NCBI GenBank assembly: GCA_051362555.1
Contig: CM120648.1
Coordinates: 19,340,587-19,404,586 of the forward strand
Reading direction: 5' to 3'
Length of the DNA stretch: 64,000 bases
From: Lingula anatina
Lineage: Eukaryota; Animalia; Brachiopoda
The position numbers and the translations under genes are program-made. Shown here in pieces: positions 38,784 to 52,288 of this stretch; position 1 is the first letter of the stretch; each line of letters starts with the position of its first letter. The notes under the pieces are model-generated. The model saw only the letters and a list, made by a program, of their open reading frames with translations, had not been told where the DNA came from and did no database searches.

Positions 38784-41700
38784 TTTGTTGTTTTCCTTTA
38801 TAATTATTTCTCAAACACTTGCATTTGTGACTTTTAACTCTCATCTGCCCGGGGCTCTGCACATTTTCTGTATTTCTATGTCTTTAAACATTATGTAATA
38901 TTATTTTATGCACTGTCATCATTTTTCAAATATTGAGACTTTCATAATGTGAATTTGAACTCTCATGGTCCTGAAACTGTAATCTTATTGAAGGGGTGGA
39001 TTGAGACCATCTTCTGGGTCTTCCGGAAGACAGGCAGGTTATTAAGTTTATATTGACTGGTATCTATTTTTTTCTGTTGGAAGACCATCAAAATGGAGGA
39101 TGGATCAACATAGATACTTTGTAATACTGTCAGAAAATATCTCTGGGTCTGCTCCTGTTATTGACCATTTTACCTGTTGTGCAAGATTAAAATTCAGTGT
39201 TGACTGACAGTGCTATTATAAGCATTATTTATTATTGCATCAAAATTGACAAAATGACCTTTTTTGCATCTTTATTTTCTGTTTTTTGTCTGTACATTTG
39301 ACAGCTTTGCTGCCTTGTTTCACTTTTTTCAGCATATATGCAACACCGTAAACACGATAAGTGGAATACTGTTTTACCTTTTGGCTTGAAACTTACAGAA
39401 CTGATGAATATTCATAATACGCCGGTTAAGTTCGAAAATCAGCATGATCGGGCCATTTTTAGGGAAGTTATGCTTTTTTTTCACTTTTTTCAGCATATAT
39501 GCAACACCGTAAACACGATATGTGGAATACTGCTTTACCTTTTGGCTTGAAACTTACAGAACTGATGAATATTCATAATACGCCGGTCAAGTTCGAAAAT
39601 CAGCATGATCAGGCCATTTTTATGTACAGACACATCTGTGTCTGTACATATTGCCATCACCTGCGTCTGTCGTCGCCGATGGCGATGCCGATGCCGGCGC
39701 CGTGCACTTTCCTTGTAAACACGATAAGTGGAGGGCAGTTTTACTTTTTGGCTTTATATTTACAGAGCTGATGAATATTCATAAAACGCAGGTCAAGTTC
39801 GAAAATCAGCATGATCGGGTCATTATTGTAGAAGTTATGCTGTTTTTTCACTTTTCAGCATATATTTCACATTTCCTCAGATTCAATTCTTAGGCATGTT
39901 AACAGTCCCATTATCAAACTAATAAGATACGAAAAAGTGTTTGTTTGGCATTTCCTGCATCTTTACAACATTGTTAGTTGATTTTGTAAAAATGATGGTT
40001 AACTTGTTATTGTGTATTGTGTAATAAAGTGTTAAAAATGTAAATAAACTCATATCATTGCAGTTTGTCAGATTCAATCATCCACTATGTTCAGAATCTC
40101 ATAATGGAAGAAATTGGGCATTTAACACTGCTCTGTTGATATTTTTCCCATCTCATCAATTTTCTTAGTTGATCATATAAAAATGGCAGTAAACGGTTAA
40201 TTTTGTTTTATGTTAAAAATTGTTAAAAATGAAAAAAAAACATTTCAGATCAGTGCTGTCTTGTTTACCTTTTGGCATTTTCAAGTTGTGACTTTCAAGT
40301 TCCATGGGCCTGAAGACCTTTGCTAGTCAAATTTTTATGTACAGACACAGATGTGTCTGTACATCTTGCCATCACCTGCATCTGTCGTCGCCGTCGCCGA
40401 TACCGGCGCCGTGCACTTTCCTTGTAAACACGATAAGTGGAGGGCAGTTTTACTTTTTGGCTTTATATTTACAGAGCTGATGAATATTTATAATACGCAG
40501 GTCAAGTTCGAAAATCAGCATGATCGGGCCATTATTGTAGAAGTTATGTTGTTTTTTCACTTTTCAGCATATATGCAACCCTGTAAACACATTTTAAGGA
40601 AAACCGTTAAGCCTGTTGTCATGAAACTCACAGGAGTAATCAATCTTACTTAAATGCAGGTCAAGTTCGAAAATTGGCATGATCGGGTTACTATTTTAGT
40701 AGTTATGCTGTTTTTTCACTTTTCAGCGAATATGCAAAACTGTAAACACAATATAAGAAAAACAAATTGGCCAATTGTCATTAAACTCACAGGAGTGGTC
40801 AATCTTACTAAAACGCAGGTTGAGTTCGAAAATCAGGATAATCGGGCCATTATTTTAGAAGTTATGCTGTTTTTTCACATTTCCTCAGATTCAATTCTTA
40901 GGCAGGTTAACAGTCTCATTATTTAACTAATAAGACACGTAAAAGTGTTTGGTTGACATTTCCTGCATCTTTACAACATTATTAGTTGATTATGTAAAAA
41001 TGATGGTAAACTTGTTATCGTGTATTGTGTAATAAAGTTTCAAAAATGGAAATAAACTCATATCATTGCAGTTTGTCAGCTTCAATCATTCACTATGTTC
41101 AGAATCTCAGAATGGGGGAAATTGGACATTCCGTCACTGTCACTGGCGCCGGCGCCGTTCACTTTCATTGTAAACACGATAAGTGGAAGGCAGTTTTACT
41201 TTTTGGCTGTATATTTACAGAGCTGATGAATATTCATAAAACGCAGGTCAAGTTCGAAAATCAGCATGATCGGGCCATTATAGTAAAAGTTATGCTTTTT
41301 TTTTTCACTTTTCAGCATATATGCAACCCTGTAAACACATTTCAAGGAAAACCGATAGGCCTTTTGTCATGAAATTCACAGGAGTAATCGGTCTTACTAT
41401 AACGCAGGTCAAGTTCGAAAATCGGCATGATCGGGAATCTCAGAATGGAAGAAATTGGACATTTAACACTGCTCTATTGATATTTTTCCTATCTCATCAA
41501 TTTTCTTAGTTGATCATATAAAAATTGCAGTAAACTATTAATTTTGTTTTATGTTAAAAATTGTTAAAAATGGAAAAGAAAACATTTCAGAACAGTGCTG
41601 TCTTGTTTTAATATAGATTTTTAAATATTTAAGACATTGCAGAAATCTTGAGTTTGGCAGTTTCTCCATGAAACACTGCTTTTTGGTCATAGCATCCTAT

Positions 41701-42469
41701 AGTAAACTACCCCAAACATATACCCAAAACCCCCAAATCAAATGTCAAGTTTGACCTTGACCCTCATTTTCAAGGTCATTTGGCTATTTCATGGAGAAAT
41801 ATTGAAGTGGGCTAAAAGTGATGTTTAGTTGACCCCCCCCCCCAATTCGCACATGCTCTTTCAGAATATAGGGTCAAATTTAACCCATGACCTTCACATG
41901 ACCTTGTAAGAGCATTTTCACACCTATTTTGCAGGGGAATCCTCCGCCACTGGCTTTAGCCAGTTGCAGTCTAGTTAAAATTTGCTGTTGAATTTGCAGT
42001 TTAACATAATGTACTTTTGCATCATAATTGACAGTAGCCTATTTTGTTATTTCCTGCTTTTTGTCTGTACATTTGACAGCTTTGCTGCCTTGTTAGGGAA
42101 GTTATGCTTTTTTTTCACTTTTTTCAGCATTTATACAACACCGTAAACACGATAAGTGGAATACTGATTTACCTTTTGGCTTGAAACTTACAGAACTGAT
42201 GAATATTCATAATACGCCGGTCAAGTTCGAAAATCAGCATGATCGGGTCATTTTTAGGGAAGTTATGTTTTTTTTTCACTTTTTTCAGCATATATGCAAC
42301 ACCGTAAACACAATAAGTGGAAAATGGTTTTACCTTTTGGTTAGAAACTTACAGAACTGATGAGTATTTATAATACACAGGTCAGGTTCGAAAACCAGCA
42401 TGATAGAGCCACTTTTATGGAAGTTATGCTGTTTTTTTTTTTTTTTTTCATTTTTTTCAGCATATATGC

Positions 42470-45195
42470 AACACTGATAACACAATATAAGAAAAACAGA
42501 TGGGCCAATTGTCATTGTACTCACAGGAGTGGTCAATCTTACTAAAACATAGCTTGAGTATGAAAATCAGCATAATTGGGCCATTATTTTAGAAGTTATG
42601 CTTTTTTTTATACATTTCCTCAGATTCAATTCTTAGGCATGTTAATAGTCTCATTATTGAACTAATAAGATACGTAAAAGTGTTTGTTTGACATTTCCGG
42701 CATCTTTACAACATTGTCAGTTGATTATGAAAAAATGATGGTAAATTTGTTATTGTGTATTGTGTAATGAAGTGTCAAAAATGGAAATAAACACATATAA
42801 CTGCAGTTTGTCAGATTCAATCATCCACTATGTTTAGAATCTCAGAATTGATATTTTTCCCATCTCATCAATTTTCTTAGTTGGTCATATAAAAATGGCA
42901 GTAAACTGTTAATTTTGTTTTATGTTAAAAAAGTGTTAAAAATGGAAATAAACCCATTTCAGAAAAGTGCTGTCTTGTTTACATTTTGGCATTTTCAAGA
43001 TGTGACATTGAAGTTCCATGGTCCTGAAGACCTTTGCTAGTCACATTTTCTGAATATCCATGATACTAATATTTTATTATTAAAAATTGATGGTCATTAT
43101 GCTGTTAAACATTATGTAATATTGCATCAAAATTTGACGAAACCCCTATTTTGGGCACTGCTCCCATGATGACCATTTAAGGAAAATCATGTCACTCACT
43201 GTTCTCAAACTTACAGGAAAGAAACATGGGACTAAAATATAGCTTCAGTAGGCAATGCAGTCTGTTTTGTAAATATTTCTGGCAATTAAATAGTTTTTTG
43301 TGAAAATAAAATTTTTCACTTATTGGCATTTTCAAGGTGTGACTTTGAAGTTCCATGAGCCTGCAGACCTTTGCTAGTCACGTTTTCTGAATGTTCATGT
43401 GACTAATATTCTATTATTAAAAATTGATGGTCGTTATGCTGTTAAACATTATATAATGTTGCATCAAAATAGAAGAAAACACAATTTTTGGTGCTGCTGC
43501 CTTGATGACCATTATGGGAAAACCGTGTTACTTATGACTGTCAAACTTTCAAAAAAGAAACACAGGACTAAAATGCAGCCCGGGTTAGAAAAGCAGTCTA
43601 ATTGGCTTCTTTTTCTGGAAGTTATATATTTTAGTGTAATATTCATTATCTTTTTGGCATATTCATTGTGGGACTCAGAGCTCCCATGGACATGAAGCCA
43701 AATGGTAATCATATTTTCTACATGTCCATCCTATTTATAGTCAATAAACAAAAATTGGTGATAATTATTTTCTAATTTATTATGTAATGTTACATCAAAA
43801 TTGACAACAATCTTTTTGCACTGCAAACATTATGAAAAAAAAAAAAACTGTGGTACTTATTATAATTTTAAACTTACAAGTACGATTTTTAGGATTGGCC
43901 TTCAGCTCATGAGAAAACCAGATCTATTGGATTATCATGTTTATTGTATTTATGCATTTTTTGTGAAATTTTCATTTTTCTCATTCTGGCACTTTCTAAG
44001 TATAAACTTGAACTCTGATGGGCCTGGAGCCTTATGTTTTTACTTTCGTCTGTGTTACCTGTTTTGCATAAGTTGATGTTGACTGTGCAGTTAAACATAA
44101 TGTATTATTGCATCAGGATTGGTAGTCTCCTATTTTGGGCATTATGGTTTTGTGCTTTTCTTAAGGTGTGACTTATGGGCCTGAAGACCTTTGAGTGGGT
44201 CAGTCTGTAAATTACCCTTGGGTATCAGTAGATTAATTTCAGAGTTATAAAGTCATTTGCTTTAATAGGCCATTAAATGAGATTACGTAAAGCACACTTA
44301 TTGATATTTCCCTGTAAACTCCCAAAGGTAAAGCTCTCTGCTAGATTAATAATAAGGAAGCAGTGATAATTATGCAGTTATATTTTGTTTAATATTGCAA
44401 ATATATATATATATATCAAACTGGAAGATTAAAAGTTTGAATAGCATCTTCATTGGAAATATATTTACCTCAAGCTCTGCCAAGGGGGTTATATTTTCAC
44501 CCCGTTTGTCTGTCATGCACATAACACAAAAAGTTATGGACCGATTTTGCAGAAATTTTCAGGAACTGTCGGAAGTGGGCCAGAGAGGACAATGATTAAT
44601 TTTTGGTGGTGGTCCGGATCAATAATCAATCAATTATCAATAATAATCAACAATTGCTGCCTTGGCAGAGGTCTGCACTCTCAAAGTGCTTTTCTAGTTT
44701 TGTTGTTTTCCTTTATAATTTTTTCTCAAACACCTGCATTTGTGACTTTTAACTCTCATCTGCCTGGGGCTCTGCACATTTTCTGTATTTCTATGTCTTT
44801 AAACATTATGTAATATTATTTTATGCACTGTCATCATTTTTCAAATATTGAGACTTTCATAATGTGAATTTGAACTCTCATGGTCCTGAAACAGTAATCT
44901 TATTGAAGGGGTGGATTGAGACCATCTTCTGGGTCTTCCGGAAGACAGTCAGGTTATTAAGTTTATATTGACTGGTTTCTATTTTTTTCTGTTGGAAGAC
45001 CATCAAAATGGAGGATGGATCAACATAGATACTTTGTAATACTGTCAGAAAATATCTCTGGGTCTGCTCCTGTTATTGACCATTTTACCTGTTGTGCAAG
45101 ATTAAAATTCAGTGTTGACTGACAGTGCTATTATAAGCATTATTTATTATTGCATCAAAATTGACAAAATGACCTTTTTTGCATCTTTATTTTCT

Positions 45196-45249
<54 letters not shown>

Positions 45250-45280
45250 CTCTGTACATTTGACAGCTTTGCTGCCTTGT
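42470..45280 (+). repeat. Near-identical segmental duplicate of ~36030-39320
   Basis: Almost identical spurious ORFs (37433 vs 43399, 37948 vs 43907, 38521 vs 44547). Confidence 0.9.
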
Positions 45281-48200
45281 TCATATATAGGGATTTTCAT
45301 CATGTGAATTTTAACTCTCATGGTCCTGACATTGTAATCTTATTGAAAGGGTGGATTAAGACCATCTTCTGGGTCTCCTGGAAGACAGTCAGATTTTACA
45401 GTTTATATTAACGGGTTTCTGTTGGAAGACTATCAAAATGGAGGATGGATCAACAAAGATACTTTGGAATACTGTCAGAAAATATCTCTGAATCTGCTCC
45501 TGTTATTGACCATGTTACCTGTTGTGCATGATTAAAAATCAGTGTTGACTGACTGTGCTATTATAAGCATTTATTATTGCATCAAAATTGACATAATGAC
45601 CTATTTTGCATCTTTTTTTTTCTGTTTTTTGTCTGTACATTTGACAGCTTTGTTGCCTTGTTTCATTTTTTTTCAGCATATATGCAGCACCGATAACATG
45701 ATAAGTGGAAAACCAATTTACCTTTCAGCTTGAAACTTACAGAACTGATGAATATTCATAATACGCAGGTCAAGTTCGAAAATCGGCATGATTGGGTTAT
45801 TTTTAGGGAAGTTATGCTGATTTTTCACTTTTTATGTACAGACACAGATGTGTCTGTACATATTGCCATCGCCTGCGTCTGTCGTCGCCGTCGCCGGCGC
45901 CGTGCACTTTACTTGTAAACACGATAAGTGGAGGGCAGTTTTACTTTTTGGCTTTATATTTACAGAGCTGATGAATATTCATAAAACGCAGGTCAAGTTC
46001 GAAAATCAGCATGATCGGGCCATTATTGTAGAAGTTATGCTGTTTTTTCACTTTTTAGCATATATGCAACACTGTAAACACATTTTAAGGAAAACCGTTA
46101 GACCTGTTGTCATGAAACTCACAGGAGTAATCAATCTTACTTAAATGCAGGTCAAGTTCGAAAATCGGCATGATCGGGCCACTATTTTTGTAGTTATGCT
46201 GTTTTTTCATTTTCCATCATATATGCAACACTGTAAACACAATATAAGAAAAACAGATATGCCAATTGTCATTGTACTCACAGGAGTGGTCAGTCTTACT
46301 AAAATGCAGGTTGAGTTCGAAAATCAGCATAAACAGGGCATTATTTTAGAAGTTATGCTGTTTTTTGCACATTTCCTCAGATTCAACTCTTAGGCATGTA
46401 AACAATCTCATTATTGAACTAATAAGATACGTAAAAGTGTTTGTTTGACATTTCCTGCATCTTTACAACATTGTTAGTTGATTATGTAAAAATGACGGTA
46501 AACTTGTTATTGTGTATTGTGTAATAAAGTGTCAAAAATGGAAATAAACTCATATCATAGCAGTTTGTCAGATTCAATCATTCACTATGTTCAGAATCTC
46601 AGAATGGAAGAAATTGGACTTTTAACACTGCTCAATTGATATTTTTCCCATCTCAGCAATTTTCTTAGATGATCATATAAAAATTGCAGTAAACTGTTTA
46701 TTTTGTTTTATGTTAAAAAAAGTGTTTAAAATGGAAATAAACCCATGTCAGAACAGTGCTGGCTTGTTTCACTTTCCTCAGATTCAATTCTTAGGCATGT
46801 TAACAATCTCATTATTTTAACTAATAAGACATGCAAAAGTGTTTGGTTGACATTTTCTGCATCTTTACAACATTATTAGTTGATTATGTAAAAATGATGG
46901 TAAACTTGTTATCGTGTATTGTGTAATAAAGTTTTAAAAATGGAAATAAACTCATATCATTGCAGTTTGTCAGATTCAATCATTCACTATGTTCAGAATC
47001 TCAGAATAGAGGAAATTGGACATTTAACACTGTTGTATGGATATTTTTCCCATCTTGTCAATTTTGTTAGTTAATCGTATAAAAATGGCTGTAACCTGTT
47101 AATTTTGTTTTATTTTAAAAAAATTGTTAAAAATGGAAAAAAAAAAAAAAACATTTCAGAACAGTGCTGTCTTGTTTACATTTTGGCATTTTCAAGTTGT
47201 GACTTTGAAGTTCCATGGGCCTGAAGACCTTTGCTAGTCACATTTTCTGAATGTCCATGATACTAATATTTTATTATCAAAAATTGATGGTCATTATGCT
47301 GTTAAACATTATGTAATATTGCATCAAAATTTGAAAAACACCTATTTTGGGCACTGCTCCCATGATGACCATTTAAGAAAAAACATGTCACTTACTGTTC
47401 TTAAACAGTACAGTAAATATGTACAGATGTGTCTGTACATATTGCCATCTCCTGCATCTGTCGTCGCCGTCACTGTCGTCTTCGCCAGCGCCGTGCACTT
47501 TCATTGTAAACATGATAAGTGGAAGGCAGTTTTACTTTTTGGCTTTATATTTACAGAGCTGATGAATATTCATAAAACGCAGGTCAAGTTTGAAAATGAG
47601 TATGATCGGGCCATTATTGTAGAAGTTGTGCTGTTTTTCACTTTTCAGCATATATGCAACACTGTAAACACATTTCTAGGAAAACAGATAGGCCTGTTGT
47701 CATGAAACTCACAGGAGTAATGGATCTTACTATAATGCAGGTCAAGTTCAAAAATCGGCATGATCGGGCCACTATTTTAGTAGTTAGCTTTTTTTTTTTT
47801 CATTTTTCAGCATATATGCAACACTGAAAACACAATATAAGAAAAACAGATAGGCCAATTGTCATTAAACTCACAGGAGTGGTCATTCCTGCTAAAACGC
47901 AGGTTGAGTTCAAAAATCAACATAATCTGGCTATTATTTTAAAGAAATGCCGTTTTTTTCACATTTCCTCATATTCAATTCTTAGGCATGTTAACAGTTT
48001 CATTATTTGATTAATAAGATACGTAAAAGTGTTTGTTTGGCATTTCCTGCATTTTTACAACATTATTAGTTGATTATGTAAAAATGTTGGTAAACTTGTT
48101 ATCGTGTATTGTGTAATAAAGTTTCAAAAATGGAAATAAACTCATATCATTGCAGTTTGTCAGATTCAATCATTCACTATGTTCAGAATCTCAGAATGGA

Positions 48201-49956
48201 AGAAATTGGACTTTTAACACTGCTCTATTGATATTTTTCCCATCTCATCAATTTTTTTAGTTGATCATATAAAAATGGCAGTAAACTGTTACTTTTGTTT
48301 TATGTTAAAAAATGTTAAAAATGGAAAAAAAAAGCATTTCAGAACAGTGCTGTCTTGTTTACATTTTGGCATTTTCAAGTTGTGACTTTGAAGTTCCATG
48401 GGCCTGAAGACCTTTGCTAGTCACATTTTCTGAATATCCATGATACTAATATTTTATTATTAAAAATTGATGGTCATTATGCTGTTAAACATTATGTAAT
48501 ATTGCATCAAAATTTGAAAAAAACCTATTTTGGGCACTGCTCCCATGATGACCATTTAAGAAAAAACATGTGACTTACTGTTCTCAAACTTACAGGAAAG
48601 AAACATGGGACTAAAATATAGCTTCAGTAGGCAATGCAATCTGCCAGTTAAACAGTTTTTTTTTTGTGAAAATTTAATTTTTCACATATTGGCATTTTCA
48701 AGGTGTGACTTTGAAGTTCCACAGGCTTGAAGACCCATGCTTGTCACATTTTCTGAAAATCCATGATGCGTATATTTTATTATTAAAAATTGATTGTCAT
48801 TATGCTGTTAAGCATTATGTAATATTGCATCAGAATAGAAGAAAACACAATTTTGGGTGTTGCTGCCATGATGACCATTATGGGAAAACCATGTTACTTA
48901 TGCTTGGCAAACTTTCAAAAAAGAAATACAGGACTAAAATGTAGCCTGAGTTGGAAAAGCAGTCTAATTGACTTCTTTTTCTGGAAGTTTTACATTTTCA
49001 AAGGGTGAACTTGAACTCCCATGGGCCTGAAGCCTTATGTTTGTTACACATTTTACTTACATTGGTATTACCTGTTGAGCATAATTAAAATTTGATGTTG
49101 AATTTGCAGTTTAACATAATGTACTTTTGCATCAGAATTGACAGAAGCCTATTTTGTTATTTCCTGCTTTTTGTCTGTACATTTGAAAGCTTTGTTTCAA
49201 ATATTGAGACTTTCATCATGTGACTTTGGTTTCTCGTGGTCCTGAAACTGTAATTTTATTGAAGGGGTGGATTGAGACCATCTTCTGGGTCTTCTGGAAG
49301 ACAGGTTATTAAGTTTATATTGACTGGTATCTATTTTTTTCTGTTGGAAGACCATCAAAATGGAGAATGGATCAACATAGATACTTTGGAATACTGTCAG
49401 AAAATATCTCAGGGTCCGCTCCTGTTATTGACCATGTTACCTGTTATGCATGATTAAAATTCAGTGTTGACTGACAGTGCTTTTATAAGCATTATTTATT
49501 ATTGCATCAAAATTGACAAAATGACCTTTTTTTGCATCTTTATTTTCTGTTTTTTGTCTGTACATTTGACAGCTTTGCTGCCTTGTTTCAGCATATATGC
49601 AGCACCGATAACATGATAAGCGGAAAACCATTTTACCTTTCGGCTTGAAACTTACAGAACTGATGAATATTCATAATACGCAGGTCAAGTTCGAAAATCG
49701 GCATGATTGGGTTATTTTTAGGGAATTTATGCTGATTTTTCACTTTTTTCAGCATATATGCAGCACCAATAACACGATAAGTGGAAAACCAATTTACCTT
49801 TTGGCTTGAAACTTGCAGAACTGATGAATATTCATAATACGCAGGTCAAGTTCGAAAATCAGCATGATTAGATCATTGCTAGGGAATTTATGCTGTTTTT
49901 TCACTTTTTTCAGCATATATGCAGCACTGATAACACAATAAGTGGAAAACTGTTTT

Positions 49957-52288
49957 TAGTACCACCAGCGTGTACGCTGGCGGTACTTATGGTTTTAGTC
50001 CCGACCCGTCTCGTCCAGCTCCGCCGGCTCCGCCGGCTCCGTTGGCTCTGCCGGCTCCGCCGGCTCCGCCGGCTCCGCGTACTGGCGCCGGATACAAGTC
50101 ACCGTTACCGCTTCTCCTCCTAGACCGCAAGGACCCCGGTCCCCATCTCTTGGATTTAGGTCACATATAACCTCAACTTGAACCCCCAGGTTTTTTTGTC
50201 TCAGTCGGTGCATTGACCTGGGAGTGACGCTCGTTGAAATGCACCCTTGTCAAAATTTTTGAAAATTCAATGCCAATTATCTACCCTACGGAAGGAATTA
50301 TGGGAAAATTTTCTACAGACAGCTTTCCAAAAGTCATATGTGTAGATTTCAAATATGCCCTTAGATTTGGCCTTTGACCTTTATTTCAAGGTCAAACAGG
50401 CAAAAATTTTCAAAAAAATGAAATTTTTTACGAAAAAAACATTATTTGCGCTGTTATTCAGACACTACCTAGACTTAACCAATAATATTATTGGAAAGTG
50501 TTACCCTTTGGGTCATCTTTCACCTCTGTGAATTTGGGGTCAATCGGTGCATTTTTATGGGAGTAGCGGCCATAAGATACCGAAACTGAAAACTGTCTCT
50601 AATTCAGGAACCGTTAATGCTAGCAACCCGTTCTTTTTTGCATTTTGTAGAGCATGTAAAGCCCAACATTGTAAGCCCAACGTTTTTTTGTATTTCATAC
50701 GGTTTTCGTGTTATGCTGTATTAAAAAGTACATTGTGGTGGCACATTATTGTAACTCAGAATTGTAACATTTAGTCCCTTATATCTCCAAAACTGGCACA
50801 AATAGGTCAATAGTTATTATTTAAGTTGAATAGGAAGTCATTTACTGGCAATCTGAATGTGACCTTGAAATTGATCTTTGACCTACTTTTCACCATGAAC
50901 TGAACTTTGCAAATTTTTGTTCCCTTTTATCTCCAAAACTGGCAGAGATAGGTCAATAGTTACTATTAAAGTTGAATAGGAAGTCATATACTGGCAATCT
51001 AAGTGTGACCTTGAAATTGACCTTTGACCTATTTTTCATCATGAATTGAACTGTGCAAATTTTCTTTCCCTTTTATCTCCAAAACTGGCAGAGATAGGTC
51101 CATAGTTACTATTGATCTTGAATAGGAAGTCATTAGAGGCAATTTACTGTGACCTTAAAATTGACCTTTGACCTTCTTTTTACTATGAACTGAACTTTGC
51201 AAATTTCTGTTCCCCTTTATCTCCAAAACTGACAGAGATAGGTCCATAGTTACTATTGAACTTGAATAGGAAGTAATAAACTAGCAATCTGTGACCTTGG
51301 AATTGACCTTTGAGCTACTTTTCACCATAGATTGAACTTTGCAAATTTTTGTTCCCTTTTATCTCCAAACTGGCAGAGATAGGTCTATAGTTACTATTGA
51401 ACTTGAATATGAAGTCATATACTGGCAATTTACTGTGTCCTTAAATTTGACCTTTGACCTACTTTTCACCATGAACTGAACTTTGCAAATTTTTGTTCCC
51501 TTTTATCTCCAAAACTGGCAGAGATAGGTCCATAGTTACTATTGAACTTGAATAGGAAGTCATATACTGGTAATGTACTGTGACCTTGAAATTGACCTTT
51601 GACTTTCTTTTTACTATAAAATGAACTTTACAAATTTTCGTTCCCCTTTATCTCCAAAACTGATAGAGATAGGTCCATAGTTACTATTGAACTTGAATAG
51701 GAAGTAATACACTAGCAATCTGTGACCTTGAAATTGACCTTTGACCTATTTTTTATGATGAACTGCTTTTTGCATGTTTTCTGGCCTTTAAGTCTGCAAA
51801 ATTGGCAAAGAAATGCCCATGGTTGCTATTGAACTTGAATAGAAATTCATATACTATGATATTGAAATTGACTTTTGACCTACTTTTTCACCATGAACTG
51901 AGCTTTGCATATTTTTTTGCCTCTCATATCTTTAAAACTAGCAGAGATGTACCCATTTTTGCCCCTAGGTTTTCTCTTTTGTCAGCATATATGCACCATT
52001 GACAACACATTTCAAGGAAAACCAATAGGCCTTTTGTCTAGAGAATACAGTAGTTATCAAGGGTAGGAAAATGCAAGTCAATTCGAAAATCTGCTGGATT
52101 GTACCATTTTTAGTTATATTTTTTTTTTTTGCATATTTTGAGAATTGTTGATTGCATCTTATAGAGCTTGTCAAGCACAAGACTGGTGATGGTGCCCCTT
52201 TTTGGAGGGGGGGGGGTCCATACGAATACGCTTACTCCAGCTGGTGGTACAATATCCGGAGGCGGTATCGCCTCTCTGATCCTCTAGT
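49957..52288 (+). mobile_element. Complete HINE (Helentron-associated) element with ~145-bp internal satellite
   Basis: 5' hairpin gtaccaccagcg-tgta-cgctggcggtac, then (ccggctccg)n, ~8 units at 50783-51950, 3' subTIR ctggtggtac, hairpin gaggcg...cgcctc, and CTAG end. Inserted in a T-run of a 161-bp unit with no TSD. Confidence 0.85.

Noticed and set aside
33720-49950. 161-bp repeats as a CRISPR array, or the recurring MNIHNTQVKFENQHD ORFs as a protein family
   Set aside because: Whole units repeat with no unique spacers and there are no cas genes. The ORFs are chance translations with shifting frames and stops.
49890-50213. PAPPAP / RRLRRL / EPAEPA ORFs
   Set aside because: Translations of the (ccggctccg)n microsatellite in a HINE.
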